Source: an uncultured Bacillales bacterium (lineage in GTDB: Bacteria > Bacillota_I > Bacilli_A > RF39 > UBA660). From it: 41,386 nucleotides of DNA. The notes under the pieces were generated by a model. It ran no database searches. It was given only the letters and a program-made list of their open reading frames with translations, and was not told where the DNA came from. The stretch lies in contig CALYOH010000003.1 in NCBI GenBank assembly GCA_945228905.1, forward strand, positions 1-41,386, given 5' to 3'. Of the stretch, positions 1 through 10,492 are shown one piece after another. Both the position numbers and the translations under genes were made by a program. Position 1 is the first letter of the stretch, and each line of letters opens with the position of its first letter.

Positions 1-44
1 CACGCGTAAGATCGTCGGCAGCGTCAGATGTGTATAAGAGACAG
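1..44 (+). other. Illumina Nextera adapter contamination (P5 end + i5 index + Read 1 adapter + Tn5 mosaic end)
   Basis: CAC (P5 end), GCGTAAGA (4-11, matches Nextera i5 index 517 as I recall it), TCGTCGGCAGCGTC (12-25), AGATGTGTATAAGAGACAG (26-44, 19-bp mosaic end). It creates the artefactual MYKRQ N-terminus. Confidence 0.98.
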
Positions 45-374
45 CCATTAGATGAAACATTACCAGAATTTGATGTTGCAGAAGATGATACAGTATCAAT
101 GAATATGTTATTATTTACACCAAGCATATTTAAATATATTGAAGATCATTTTGAAGAATTCTTAGATAATAATAAAGACAACTTAGAAAAATGTGAATAT
201 TTAATTCCAGATACTTTATTTGCTACTATAAGAGAAGGATATGCAACTGCAGAAGTATTAAAGACAACTGCTACATGGTATGGAGTAACATATAAAGAAG
301 ATGCAGATAATGTTAAAAAAGCATTAAAAGAATTAGTAGATAATGGAGAATATCCAAATAATTTATGGGCGTAA
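45..374 (+). CDS. 5'-truncated sugar-phosphate nucleotidyltransferase family protein (C-terminal part)
   Basis: VSMNMLLFTPSIF, EYLIPD, WYGVTYKED and GEYPNNLW are typical of the C-terminus of NTP-transferase-family proteins in gut Bacillota/Bacteroidota. The start is lost at the contig edge. Confidence 0.75.
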   Translation, partial: PLDETLPEFDVAEDDTVSMNMLLFTPSIFKYIEDHFEEFLDNNKDNLEKCEYLIPDTLFATIREGYATAEVLKTTATWYGVTYKEDADNVKKALKELVDNGEYPNNLWA

Positions 375-376
375 AC

Positions 377-410
377 AAAAATGTAAACTACATAAAGTTT
401 ACATTTTTTT
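377..410 (+). terminator. Intrinsic terminator
   Basis: AAAAATGTAAACT-acataa-AGTTTACATTTTT hairpin with T-tract directly after the stop codon. Confidence 0.8.
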
Positions 411-457
411 ATTGTATAAAAATACTAAATAAATTTATAATTAAAGTAGGTGATAAT

Positions 458-1468
458 ATGAAAAAATATATAAAGCTATTTTTAATTGCAATAGTAATAA
501 TCTTTATAACACCAAATGTATATGCAAGAGAATTTACAATTAGTGGAGTCAATTTCTCTATTGAAGGAGTAAAAATCAATCTTTATGAAATGAATTTTAC
601 TAAGGATGAAGAGGATAATCCTACCATTAATCCAGAAGATCTAAAAAACTATGCTCTTAAAAAGCCAACAAAAACAGTTACAATAGATATTAATAATTTA
701 AAATATCATCCAAAATATACTTTAGTTAACATAGATAATAGTAAAAATACAGGTGATATTAAAGATTCAAATAGTGCATTTATAGATATGAATTTTGATT
801 TTTCAGATACTAATATTCCATCATATTTAACAAATGATATTATAAATAATACATCTGAAACGAAAGGATATTTATTTGAATTAGTACTACAAATTAAATT
901 TACAAATCTACCAACTGAAATTAAACATGGATACTTAGTTAATGGTTCTGTTAGAGATGATATTGGTGACGAAATGGAAAACTATGCGTATATAAATGAA
1001 TTTGATCTAAATAAAACTACTGATTATGTTATTAATGGTGGTTATTTAGTAGATAAAAGAATTAATTATTCCAATAGTTTTTATTCTGATGTAGAAAGAG
1101 AAGAACAAAAAAATAATTCAACAAATGATTTAGCAACAACACTAGAAAAAGAAATAAATATGTCAGTAATAACATTTATAGAACACATTGCTTTAGAAGA
1201 TGGAGACAAAGAGAATGCAAATAGCTTTATTGAATTTGCATTTACTGATTTAGCAGATTTTGATGACTTTATGGAATACTTTACTGGTGAAATGACTAAT
1301 GCTACAATAACTAATTCAGGAGATTTAAAAGAAGTAACTTATGATACAATTCCAGTACCAAATACTGCATTAGATTTTTCTAAAGTAGTATATATAATTG
1401 GATATGTTCTAATTATTGGAGGAGCATATTTACTACTAAGATTTAAAACAAAGAAAGGATCTAACTAA
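458..1468 (+). CDS. Secreted/surface protein with LPxTG-like (VPNTA) C-terminal sorting signal
   Basis: AGGTGA RBS before ATG 458; signal peptide MKKYIKLFLIAIVIIFITPNVYA; C-terminal VPNTA + hydrophobic helix + basic tail RFKTKK. Confidence 0.7.
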   Translation: MKKYIKLFLIAIVIIFITPNVYAREFTISGVNFSIEGVKINLYEMNFTKDEEDNPTINPEDLKNYALKKPTKTVTIDINNLKYHPKYTLVNIDNSKNTGDIKDSNSAFIDMNFDFSDTNIPSYLTNDIINNTSETKGYLFELVLQIKFTNLPTEIKHGYLVNGSVRDDIGDEMENYAYINEFDLNKTTDYVINGGYLVDKRINYSNSFYSDVEREEQKNNSTNDLATTLEKEINMSVITFIEHIALEDGDKENANSFIEFAFTDLADFDDFMEYFTGEMTNATITNSGDLKEVTYDTIPVPNTALDFSKVVYIIGYVLIIGGAYLLLRFKTKKGSN

Positions 1469-1481
1469 ACCTTTCTTTTTT
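1450..1481 (+). terminator. Intrinsic terminator overlapping the last codons
   Basis: AAAGAAAGG...CCTTTCTTT + T-tract. Confidence 0.65.
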
Positions 1482-1490
1482 GTGCTTTTA

Positions 1491-1499
1491 TGATATAAT
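1491..1499 (+). promoter_or_regulatory. Extended -10 sigma-A promoter
   Basis: TGATATAAT ahead of the GAGGTG RBS (1508-1513). Confidence 0.6.
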
Positions 1500-1519
1500 A
1501 TGCCCTTGAGGTGTATGCC

Positions 1520-2506
1520 ATGAGTGTTGATACAATATTAAATGATATACAATTAAAAATTGAATATCCAAGAATGATTAAATATATCAATATGAATGCT
1601 ACTTATGTTAATAGAAGTGCTAATGATAATAAACCTGAATATGATTTTGGTACTTATAATAAATATATAGAAAAATATATTAATATATGTAAAACAAAAC
1701 TATCACAAGAACAATTAAGTAATTTATATCGAAACTTAAGAACATTAAAAATAAGATTAGAAGAAAAAGAGAAGACACCAAGATTAATTAGAACTATATC
1801 TTTAGGATATTATAATAGTAATAGAAATGAAATAACTATAGAACAATATAAAGATAGAACCTATACTGATAAGGATATAGAAAGTGTATTATTTCATGAA
1901 TTAAATCATATGTCATCTACTAGAACTATGGAAGATGACGTAGTATGTGGATTTGCAATTCCTAACGTTATAGGTGATGGATTAAATGAAGGTTATACAG
2001 AATATATAACAAAAAGAGATTTCTTAAATGAAGAATATTATGATACAGATAACTACTTTATAGTAATTGCTAAAGGAATAGAAAATATTATAGGTAGTGA
2101 TAAAATGAAAGAATATTACTATAATTCAGATATTTATTCAGTAGTAGATGAATTATCTAAATATAGTAATAGAAAAGAAGTTATAAGAATGTTATTCTTA
2201 TTAGATAAAATGAGAAGTTCATTCTATGATCGTAGAGATATATCATTAATGGTAAAATATATCTCAAGAATTAATAAAATTAAATTAGATTTAGAATTAG
2301 AACAAGGTATTATTGATTATGAAACATATCAAATAGAAAGAGCCATAAAAGTAGATGAATTAAAGTTTGGAAGAATTTGGCCAGATGAGACAAGAGTATT
2401 ACATAAAGATGGTTATTTTATGTTTGAATATAAAGATCAAGAAAGTGAATTATATTATTTTGATACATCAAATGATGTAAAAAATAATCCAAAATTAACT
2501 AAATAA
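1520..2506 (+). CDS. Putative zinc metallopeptidase (HExxH...E, gluzincin-like), no signal peptide
   Basis: LFHELNH (HELNH at 1895-1909) followed by GLNEGYTEY; GAGGTG RBS favours ATG 1520. Confidence 0.6.
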   Translation: MSVDTILNDIQLKIEYPRMIKYINMNATYVNRSANDNKPEYDFGTYNKYIEKYINICKTKLSQEQLSNLYRNLRTLKIRLEEKEKTPRLIRTISLGYYNSNRNEITIEQYKDRTYTDKDIESVLFHELNHMSSTRTMEDDVVCGFAIPNVIGDGLNEGYTEYITKRDFLNEEYYDTDNYFIVIAKGIENIIGSDKMKEYYYNSDIYSVVDELSKYSNRKEVIRMLFLLDKMRSSFYDRRDISLMVKYISRINKIKLDLELEQGIIDYETYQIERAIKVDELKFGRIWPDETRVLHKDGYFMFEYKDQESELYYFDTSNDVKNNPKLTK

Positions 2507-4540
<2,034 letters not shown>

Positions 4541-4552
4541 GGGAGTGAACTT

Positions 4553-5806
4553 ATGCATATTGATAATGTAAATAAAGAAACATTAGAAAATGCAGCTAAG
4601 AAAAAAAGAAAGTTCTCATTAAAGAGAGCTATCGCAACAGGACTTGTAATTGTTTCATTAGTACCAGGATTAACTGGTTGTGGAGGAAAAGCAACTACTG
4701 AAACGGTAGATACTACAACACAAACAGAAACTACATATTTTGATGATGAAGAAAGATCAAAACAAACGATTTATTTTGGATCAGATATGACAAATACTGC
4801 TGTAGAAGAACTTAAAGAATTTGGAGCGAATGTAACAAAAATATATTTGTATCAAGCTTTCTCAATAGATGATTTAAGTGATATAGCAGAATATTGTCCA
4901 AATCTAGAAGAAATATATATAGATTATTGTCCTTCTATTACAGACTTAACATTTATATATTCACTTCCAAATCTAAAAAAAGTATCAATTGAAGAAAATG
5001 GATTTGTTACTCCAGAATTAGTAGAATACTTAGATAGAAATGGAATAGAACATAATATTGTACAACAAGATTTAGATAATGCAGCAGAAATACAAAGTAT
5101 TTTAGATGAAATAATTACAGAAGATATGACAGATGAAGAAAAAATACAAGCAGTTACTTATTATGTAATAGATAATTATAAATATAAGATAACTAAAGTA
5201 TTTGAATCAAATGCAGATCCACTAACAAGTACTCTAAAGAATGGTGGAGGAGTATGTGCAAGTTATGCATATCTTACAAATATATTACTTAGAGGAGCAG
5301 GAATTAAATCATATGAAGTTACTACCTCAGAAGAAGTATTGATGGGACATGCATGGAATGTGATAGAAATAGATGGTAAATACTATTATTTAGATGCAAC
5401 TAATATTAAACAAATTCCAATAATATCAAAATTAGTATTAAAATACTTTAATGTAGGATTTTTTTATATGACAGATCCAAGAGCAACAGGTCTTTCTCCA
5501 ATGAAAGATTTTGATAAAGCAGAAAAAGTAACTATTCCAGAAGAAATGATTGCTGATATAGAAAGAGGAGAAAATGAAAAGACTATCTTCGAAAAATATG
5601 GAAATAGTGTACCAGCAAGAATAATAGAAATAGTTTTAGCAATTACAGCAATAACTGCAGGTGTAACTCTAACAACTAAAGGAATAGGAGCAGTAAATGA
5701 TACTATTTCTGAAAAAAAGAGAAGAAAAAGAGAAAGAGAAAGACGACAAAGAGAAGAACAAGCAAGAAGAGATGCAGCATGTAAAGGAGGAAGAAGATAT
5801 TATTAG
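4553..5806 (+). CDS. Transglutaminase-like cysteine-protease-fold lipoprotein with an LRR-like segment
   Basis: Lipobox LTGC; LRR-like CPNLEEIYIDYCPSITDL/LPNLKKVSI; triad motifs GVCASYA, HAWNVI, YYYLDAT; C-terminal hydrophobic helix and Arg/Glu tail. Confidence 0.8.
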   Translation: MHIDNVNKETLENAAKKKRKFSLKRAIATGLVIVSLVPGLTGCGGKATTETVDTTTQTETTYFDDEERSKQTIYFGSDMTNTAVEELKEFGANVTKIYLYQAFSIDDLSDIAEYCPNLEEIYIDYCPSITDLTFIYSLPNLKKVSIEENGFVTPELVEYLDRNGIEHNIVQQDLDNAAEIQSILDEIITEDMTDEEKIQAVTYYVIDNYKYKITKVFESNADPLTSTLKNGGGVCASYAYLTNILLRGAGIKSYEVTTSEEVLMGHAWNVIEIDGKYYYLDATNIKQIPIISKLVLKYFNVGFFYMTDPRATGLSPMKDFDKAEKVTIPEEMIADIERGENEKTIFEKYGNSVPARIIEIVLAITAITAGVTLTTKGIGAVNDTISEKKRRKRERERRQREEQARRDAACKGGRRYY

Positions 5807-5821
5807 TATTCCTCTTTTTTG

Positions 5822-5850
5822 TTTACAAAATAACAAAAATATATTATAAT
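5822..5850 (+). promoter_or_regulatory. Sigma-A promoter
   Basis: TTTACA-17 nt-TATAAT upstream of a GAGGTGA RBS. Confidence 0.6.
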
Positions 5851-5884
5851 ATGCGAAGAAAAAAGGGAATGTTGAGGTGAGACT

Positions 5885-6745
5885 ATGAAAAGAAGAAATG
5901 AAGAATTTGATGAAGAAATTATATTAGACGAAACAGAAGATATTGAAGACATAGAAGCAGATGAAATCATAGAAGAAAAGAAACCCAAAAAGAAGAAAAA
6001 AAATAAAAAGAGAAAAGTTAAATCAGAAGAACCAGTAATAATAAGAGAAATAGATGATGAAGAAGCAGAAGAAATTATAAGAAAAAGAAGAGAAGAAAAA
6101 GATGATATTATCATATTGGATGATAATAAAGAAACAACTAAGAAGAGAATAAAGAAAAATAAAAAGAAAAATCCAAATAGAATAATTAATATATTCTTTA
6201 TAATTATAGTTCTTTTAATAGTAATGGTATCTACTGATATAGTATTAGTATCTAAGTTTAATAAAGGTCCATTCTTTGCAATACCAGTAAAGACATATGA
6301 TGACGGTGGATCAAAAGAATATTATGGTATAGGTTATAAAGTAATTAAATATAAACAACTACAAGGTAGAAGAGATAAAGCTATAGGTACTTGGGGACTT
6401 AAATATAATATTGAGCCAACTACAGTACAAGCAATTGATCTTGCAATAGAATTTAATAATAATGAAACAGAAACATATAAAAAGTACTATAAACAATTTG
6501 TAAGAATAGTAGGTACTTTAAAAGATATAGATACTTATAACAATGTAATAATAATTGGATATGAAGATGAAGATGGTAAATATACAATAGATGTAAGATG
6601 TAATATGGCAACTGATTATTCATATTTAGAAAACTTAAATTTAGGTGAAGAAATAACTGTAATAGGTAATGTTACTAAATATAGTTATAAAACAGAAAAA
6701 TCAATGAGTAGACTATATTTAGATAATGTTTTTGCAGAACAATAA
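5885..6745 (+). CDS. Single-pass membrane protein with charged disordered N-terminus and probable C-terminal OB-fold (tRNA_anti-like) domain
   Basis: Alternating D/E and K/R blocks, one TM helix, YDDGGSKEYYGIGYKVIKY motif, then the pattern A.DL..EF..N...KKY....VRIVG...GEEITVIG. Confidence 0.55.
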   Translation: MKRRNEEFDEEIILDETEDIEDIEADEIIEEKKPKKKKKNKKRKVKSEEPVIIREIDDEEAEEIIRKRREEKDDIIILDDNKETTKKRIKKNKKKNPNRIINIFFIIIVLLIVMVSTDIVLVSKFNKGPFFAIPVKTYDDGGSKEYYGIGYKVIKYKQLQGRRDKAIGTWGLKYNIEPTTVQAIDLAIEFNNNETETYKKYYKQFVRIVGTLKDIDTYNNVIIIGYEDEDGKYTIDVRCNMATDYSYLENLNLGEEITVIGNVTKYSYKTEKSMSRLYLDNVFAEQ

Positions 6746-6751
6746 AATATT

Positions 6752-6780
6752 AAGGATAATATTAAATATTATCCTTTTTT
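6752..6780 (+). terminator. Intrinsic terminator
   Basis: AAGGATAATAT-taa-ATATTATCCTT + T-tract. Confidence 0.8.
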
Positions 6781-6781
6781 A

Positions 6782-6790
6782 TGTTATAAT
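6782..6790 (+). promoter_or_regulatory. Extended -10 promoter of gatCAB
   Basis: TGTTATAAT upstream of the GGGAGG RBS. Confidence 0.65.
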
Positions 6791-6815
6791 AAAAAAAGTT
6801 AAGGGAGGCCTTTCT

Positions 6816-7124
6816 ATGAAAGAAAAACTAACTAAAGAAGAAGTATTACATGTTGCTGATTTAGCAAGAATAAAATTAACAGAAGAAGAAATAGAAAAGT
6901 ACCAAGTACAATTAAAACAATTATTAAGTGATGTTGAAAAAATAAATGATGTTAAAGGATATGATGATGATATCCTAATTGCTTGTTGGGAAAATAATGC
7001 TGAATTAAGAAAAGATGAATCAGGAGAAATGCTAGAACCAAAAGAAGTACTAGAAAATGCTCCAAGACATAGTGGGAACTATATAGCGGTCCCAGTAGTA
7101 ATATCTGGAGGTGAAGGAGCATAA
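6816..7124 (+). CDS. gatC: Asp/Glu-tRNA amidotransferase subunit C
   Basis: LTKEEVLHVADLARI...LRKD...VLENAP...YIAVPVV; GGGAGG RBS; TAATG overlap with gatA. Confidence 0.95.
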   Translation: MKEKLTKEEVLHVADLARIKLTEEEIEKYQVQLKQLLSDVEKINDVKGYDDDILIACWENNAELRKDESGEMLEPKEVLENAPRHSGNYIAVPVVISGGEGA

Positions 7125-8566
7125 TGAAATATAATAGTATGAGTATTGAAGAAATACATAAATTATTAAAAGATAAAAAGATTAAACCAATAGATTTAGT
7201 AGAAGAAGCAGTTAAGAGTATAGAAGAAAGTGGTCTTAATGCTTATATAACTCTTAATAAAGAAGAAGCAATTAAACAAGCAAAAGAATTAGAAAATAAA
7301 GAAGTAGATAATATACTATTTGGTCTTCCTATTGCAGTAAAAGATAATATTGTAACTAAAGGATTAAAGACAACATGTGCATCTCATATATTAGATAACT
7401 TTATACCTATATATGATGCAACAATAGTAGAAAAGATAAAAGAAAAGAACATGATTATCATTGGTAAAACAAATATGGATGAATTTGCAATGGGATCAAG
7501 TTCAAGAACATCTTATTTTGGAGCACCAAGAAACCCATGGAATAAGGAAAAAATCTGTGGAGGATCATCAGGTGGTTCAGCAGCAACAATCGCTAATAGA
7601 GACGTTTTATTTGCTTTAGGATCAGATACTGGAGGTTCTATTAGACAACCAGCTAGTTATACAGGAATAGTTGGAATGAAACCAACATATGGAAGAATAT
7701 CTAGATATGGTTTAGTAGCATTCGCATCAAGCTTAGACCAAATTGGTCCAATGACAAAGAATGTCTATGAAAATGCCTTATTATTAAATGCAATTACAGG
7801 AAAAGACCATAAAGATTTAACTAGTATAGAAACAGATGAAGACTTTACTAGAATGATTGGAGAAGATATTAAAGGTATGAAAATAGCAGTACCTAACTTC
7901 TTCATGAGTGAAATAGTAAGTGATGAAATAAGAAATAAAGTAAAAGAAACAATAAATGTATTAGAGTCTTTCGGAGCAACAGTAGATTATGTAGATATTA
8001 AATATATAGAAAATGCAGTTACTCTATATCAAATAATTGCTATGGGAGAAGCAAGTTCTAACTTAGCAAGATTTGATGGATTAAGATATGGTCATTCTAT
8101 AGAAGAACCAAAAGATATAAATGATTTATATTACAGTACTAGAGCAGAAGGCTTTGGAGAAGAAGTAAAAAGAAGAATAATGGTAGGTTCATACTTATTA
8201 AGTGGAGAAAATGCAAAAACTTATTATAATAAAGCTCTATCTATTAGAGATGATATTAGAAAAGAATTTAAAAATGTATTTAAAAAATATGATCTTATTA
8301 TTGGACCAACTACTACAACAACAGCTTATAACTTGGATGATCCAATGGATGATCCATCTAAATCATTTATGGATGATATTTTAGTAATACCAGTTAATAT
8401 GGCAGGACTTCCTGGATTAAATATGCCAATTGGTTTTGATAAAGATAATATGCCAATAGGAATGCAAATAATAGGAAATTCTTTTGAAGAAGCTAAAATA
8501 TATAAATTAGCTAGTTATCTTGAAAAGAAATTAGACTTAAATCTAACACCTGGAGGTGAAAAATAA
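7124..8566 (+). CDS. gatA: Asp/Glu-tRNA amidotransferase subunit A
   Basis: Amidase signature KDN, KTNMDEFAMGSS, GGSSGGS, GSDTGGSIRQPA; EASSNLARFDG; GFGEEVKRRI. Confidence 0.99.
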   Translation: MKYNSMSIEEIHKLLKDKKIKPIDLVEEAVKSIEESGLNAYITLNKEEAIKQAKELENKEVDNILFGLPIAVKDNIVTKGLKTTCASHILDNFIPIYDATIVEKIKEKNMIIIGKTNMDEFAMGSSSRTSYFGAPRNPWNKEKICGGSSGGSAATIANRDVLFALGSDTGGSIRQPASYTGIVGMKPTYGRISRYGLVAFASSLDQIGPMTKNVYENALLLNAITGKDHKDLTSIETDEDFTRMIGEDIKGMKIAVPNFFMSEIVSDEIRNKVKETINVLESFGATVDYVDIKYIENAVTLYQIIAMGEASSNLARFDGLRYGHSIEEPKDINDLYYSTRAEGFGEEVKRRIMVGSYLLSGENAKTYYNKALSIRDDIRKEFKNVFKKYDLIIGPTTTTTAYNLDDPMDDPSKSFMDDILVIPVNMAGLPGLNMPIGFDKDNMPIGMQIIGNSFEEAKIYKLASYLEKKLDLNLTPGGEK

Positions 8567-9984
8567 TGAATTATATACCTACAATAGGTGTAGAAGTACA
8601 CTTAGAATTAAAAACAAAAACAAAGATCTTCTCTAATTCAACAAATGGATATGGAGAAATGGCTAATTCATTAACAAATGTTGTAGATTTAGGTTATCCT
8701 GGTACACTACCAACTCTAAATGAAGAAGTAATTAATATTGGTATAAAAGCCGCAACTATTCTTAATTGTAAGATTAGAAAACAAATGCATTTCGATAGAA
8801 AAAATTACTTCTATCCAGATAATCCAAAGAATTATCAAATTACACAAGCAAGAACTCCTATTGGATATGATGGATATGTAGAAATAGAAGTTAATGGTGA
8901 AAAGAAAAAAGTAGAAATAGAAGAAATGCATATAGAAGAAGATACATGTAAGAGTGCTCATAGAGGAAATAAAACATTATTAGACTTTAATAGAGCAGGA
9001 GTACCTTTACTAGAGATAGTAACTAAACCATGTATGTCTTCACCAGAAGAAGCAAAAGCTTACTTAGAAAAACTAAGAGAATTAATGCTATATGGTAATA
9101 TTAGTGACTGTAAGATTGAAGAAGGATCTATGAGAGCAGATACAAATGTATCTATTAGAAAGAATGAATCAGATCCATTCGGTACAAAAGCAGAAGTTAA
9201 AAATATAGGTTCAATTACAAATGTTGGAGTTGCTATAGAAAAAGAAATAGAAAGACAAAGCAAATTATATGACAACGGAGAAACATTTAAACCACAAACA
9301 AGAAGATTTGATGATAAACTACAAGATACAGTACTAATGAGAATAAAAGAAACAGGAAATGATTATAGATATTTCCCAGAACCAGATATTCCATTTGTAG
9401 TATTAACAGATGAAATGATTGAAAATGTAGTTAAAGATATTCCAATGATGCCAGATGAAAGAAGAGAAGTATATGTAGAAAAAGGAGTATCTGAAATTAA
9501 TACAAATAAATTAGTACAAAATAGATCATTGAGTGATTACTTTAATGAAATATTAAATGAAAATACTAACTTTAAAATAGCAAGTAATCTTCTTTTAGGA
9601 GATATATCTGCATATTTAAATAAAAAAGAAATAGATATTAAAGATACTAAATTAACTAAAGATAAATTCCTAGATTTAATTAAAAAGTATGAAGATAATA
9701 CTATTACAAGTAAAAATCTAAAAGAAATATTAGATGTTATCTTAGAAAGTGATAAATCAATAGAAGAAATAATGAAAGATAATGGTATTGAAAATATCAC
9801 TGATGATAATGAAATAAGAGAAATAATTAAAACAATTATTAAGAATAACCCAGATAGTGTTAATGACTATAAAAATGGTCATGATAGAGCTATTAAGTTC
9901 CTTATGGGACAAGTAATGAAAGAGACAAAGGGTAAGGCAAATCCTAAGCTTGCTAATGATATTTTAGTAGAAGAACTAAGTTGA
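8566..9984 (+). CDS. gatB: Asp/Glu-tRNA amidotransferase subunit B
   Basis: IGVEVH, FDRKNYFYPD, HIEED, DFNRAGVPLLEIVT, YRYFPEPD, C-terminal GQVMK Yqey-like domain. Confidence 0.99.
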   Translation: MNYIPTIGVEVHLELKTKTKIFSNSTNGYGEMANSLTNVVDLGYPGTLPTLNEEVINIGIKAATILNCKIRKQMHFDRKNYFYPDNPKNYQITQARTPIGYDGYVEIEVNGEKKKVEIEEMHIEEDTCKSAHRGNKTLLDFNRAGVPLLEIVTKPCMSSPEEAKAYLEKLRELMLYGNISDCKIEEGSMRADTNVSIRKNESDPFGTKAEVKNIGSITNVGVAIEKEIERQSKLYDNGETFKPQTRRFDDKLQDTVLMRIKETGNDYRYFPEPDIPFVVLTDEMIENVVKDIPMMPDERREVYVEKGVSEINTNKLVQNRSLSDYFNEILNENTNFKIASNLLLGDISAYLNKKEIDIKDTKLTKDKFLDLIKKYEDNTITSKNLKEILDVILESDKSIEEIMKDNGIENITDDNEIREIIKTIIKNNPDSVNDYKNGHDRAIKFLMGQVMKETKGKANPKLANDILVEELS

Positions 9985-10009
9985 AAAAGGACCCTTCATA
10001 GTGTATAAT
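9981..10009 (+). promoter_or_regulatory. Sigma-A promoter overlapping the gatB stop codon
   Basis: TTGAAA-17 nt-TATAAT. Confidence 0.7.
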
Positions 10010-10031
10010 ATTTAAAATAGGATGTGATAAT

Positions 10032-10478
10032 ATGAGGAAATTTAAAAAATATAGAGGAACAATAGTAGGAGTAATTGTATTTGCAGTAGTATTATTTGGA
10101 ATATTCTTCTTAAAGGATATAATTGCACCAGATGAATCAAAAGCAATTTATGGAGAAAGATTAGATGGAATAGAAGCAGTAGAAATAACTGACTCAACTA
10201 AAAAGAAAGTAGAAGAAGCATTAAAAGAAAATACTTCTAGCGTTAAAGTAAGAGTAGCAGGAAAGACTATTAATGTTATTATCGAAATAAACGAAGAAGT
10301 ATCTAGAGATGATGCTAAAGCTATGGGTAATAAAGCAATAGAGCAATTCTCTGATCCAGAAAAAGCTTTCTATGATTTCCAAATATTAATAAAGAATGAT
10401 AAAAATACAAAACAATTTCCAATTATTGGATATAAACATCATGCTAAAGATAAAATAACATGGACAAAAGATAGATAG
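10032..10478 (+). CDS. Hypothetical N-terminally anchored membrane protein
   Basis: 148 aa, basic N-terminus plus one TM helix, RBS present, codon usage like its neighbours. Confidence 0.75.
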   Translation: MRKFKKYRGTIVGVIVFAVVLFGIFFLKDIIAPDESKAIYGERLDGIEAVEITDSTKKKVEEALKENTSSVKVRVAGKTINVIIEINEEVSRDDAKAMGNKAIEQFSDPEKAFYDFQILIKNDKNTKQFPIIGYKHHAKDKITWTKDR

Positions 10479-10492
10479 AAAGGCAGATTGGT

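Noticed and set aside
26-44. Tn5 mosaic end as a genuine transposon insertion
   Set aside because: It is preceded by the Nextera Read 1 sequence and an index, there is no transposase, and it sits at the contig edge.
6746-6815. T-box or riboswitch ahead of gatCAB
   Set aside because: The gap is only 70 nt, fully explained by terminator, promoter and RBS, and has no T-box consensus.
9982-9984. Mycoplasma-type genetic code (TGA = Trp)
   Set aside because: GatB ends at TGA at its expected C-terminus, conserved Trp residues use TGG, and long genes are intact under code 11.
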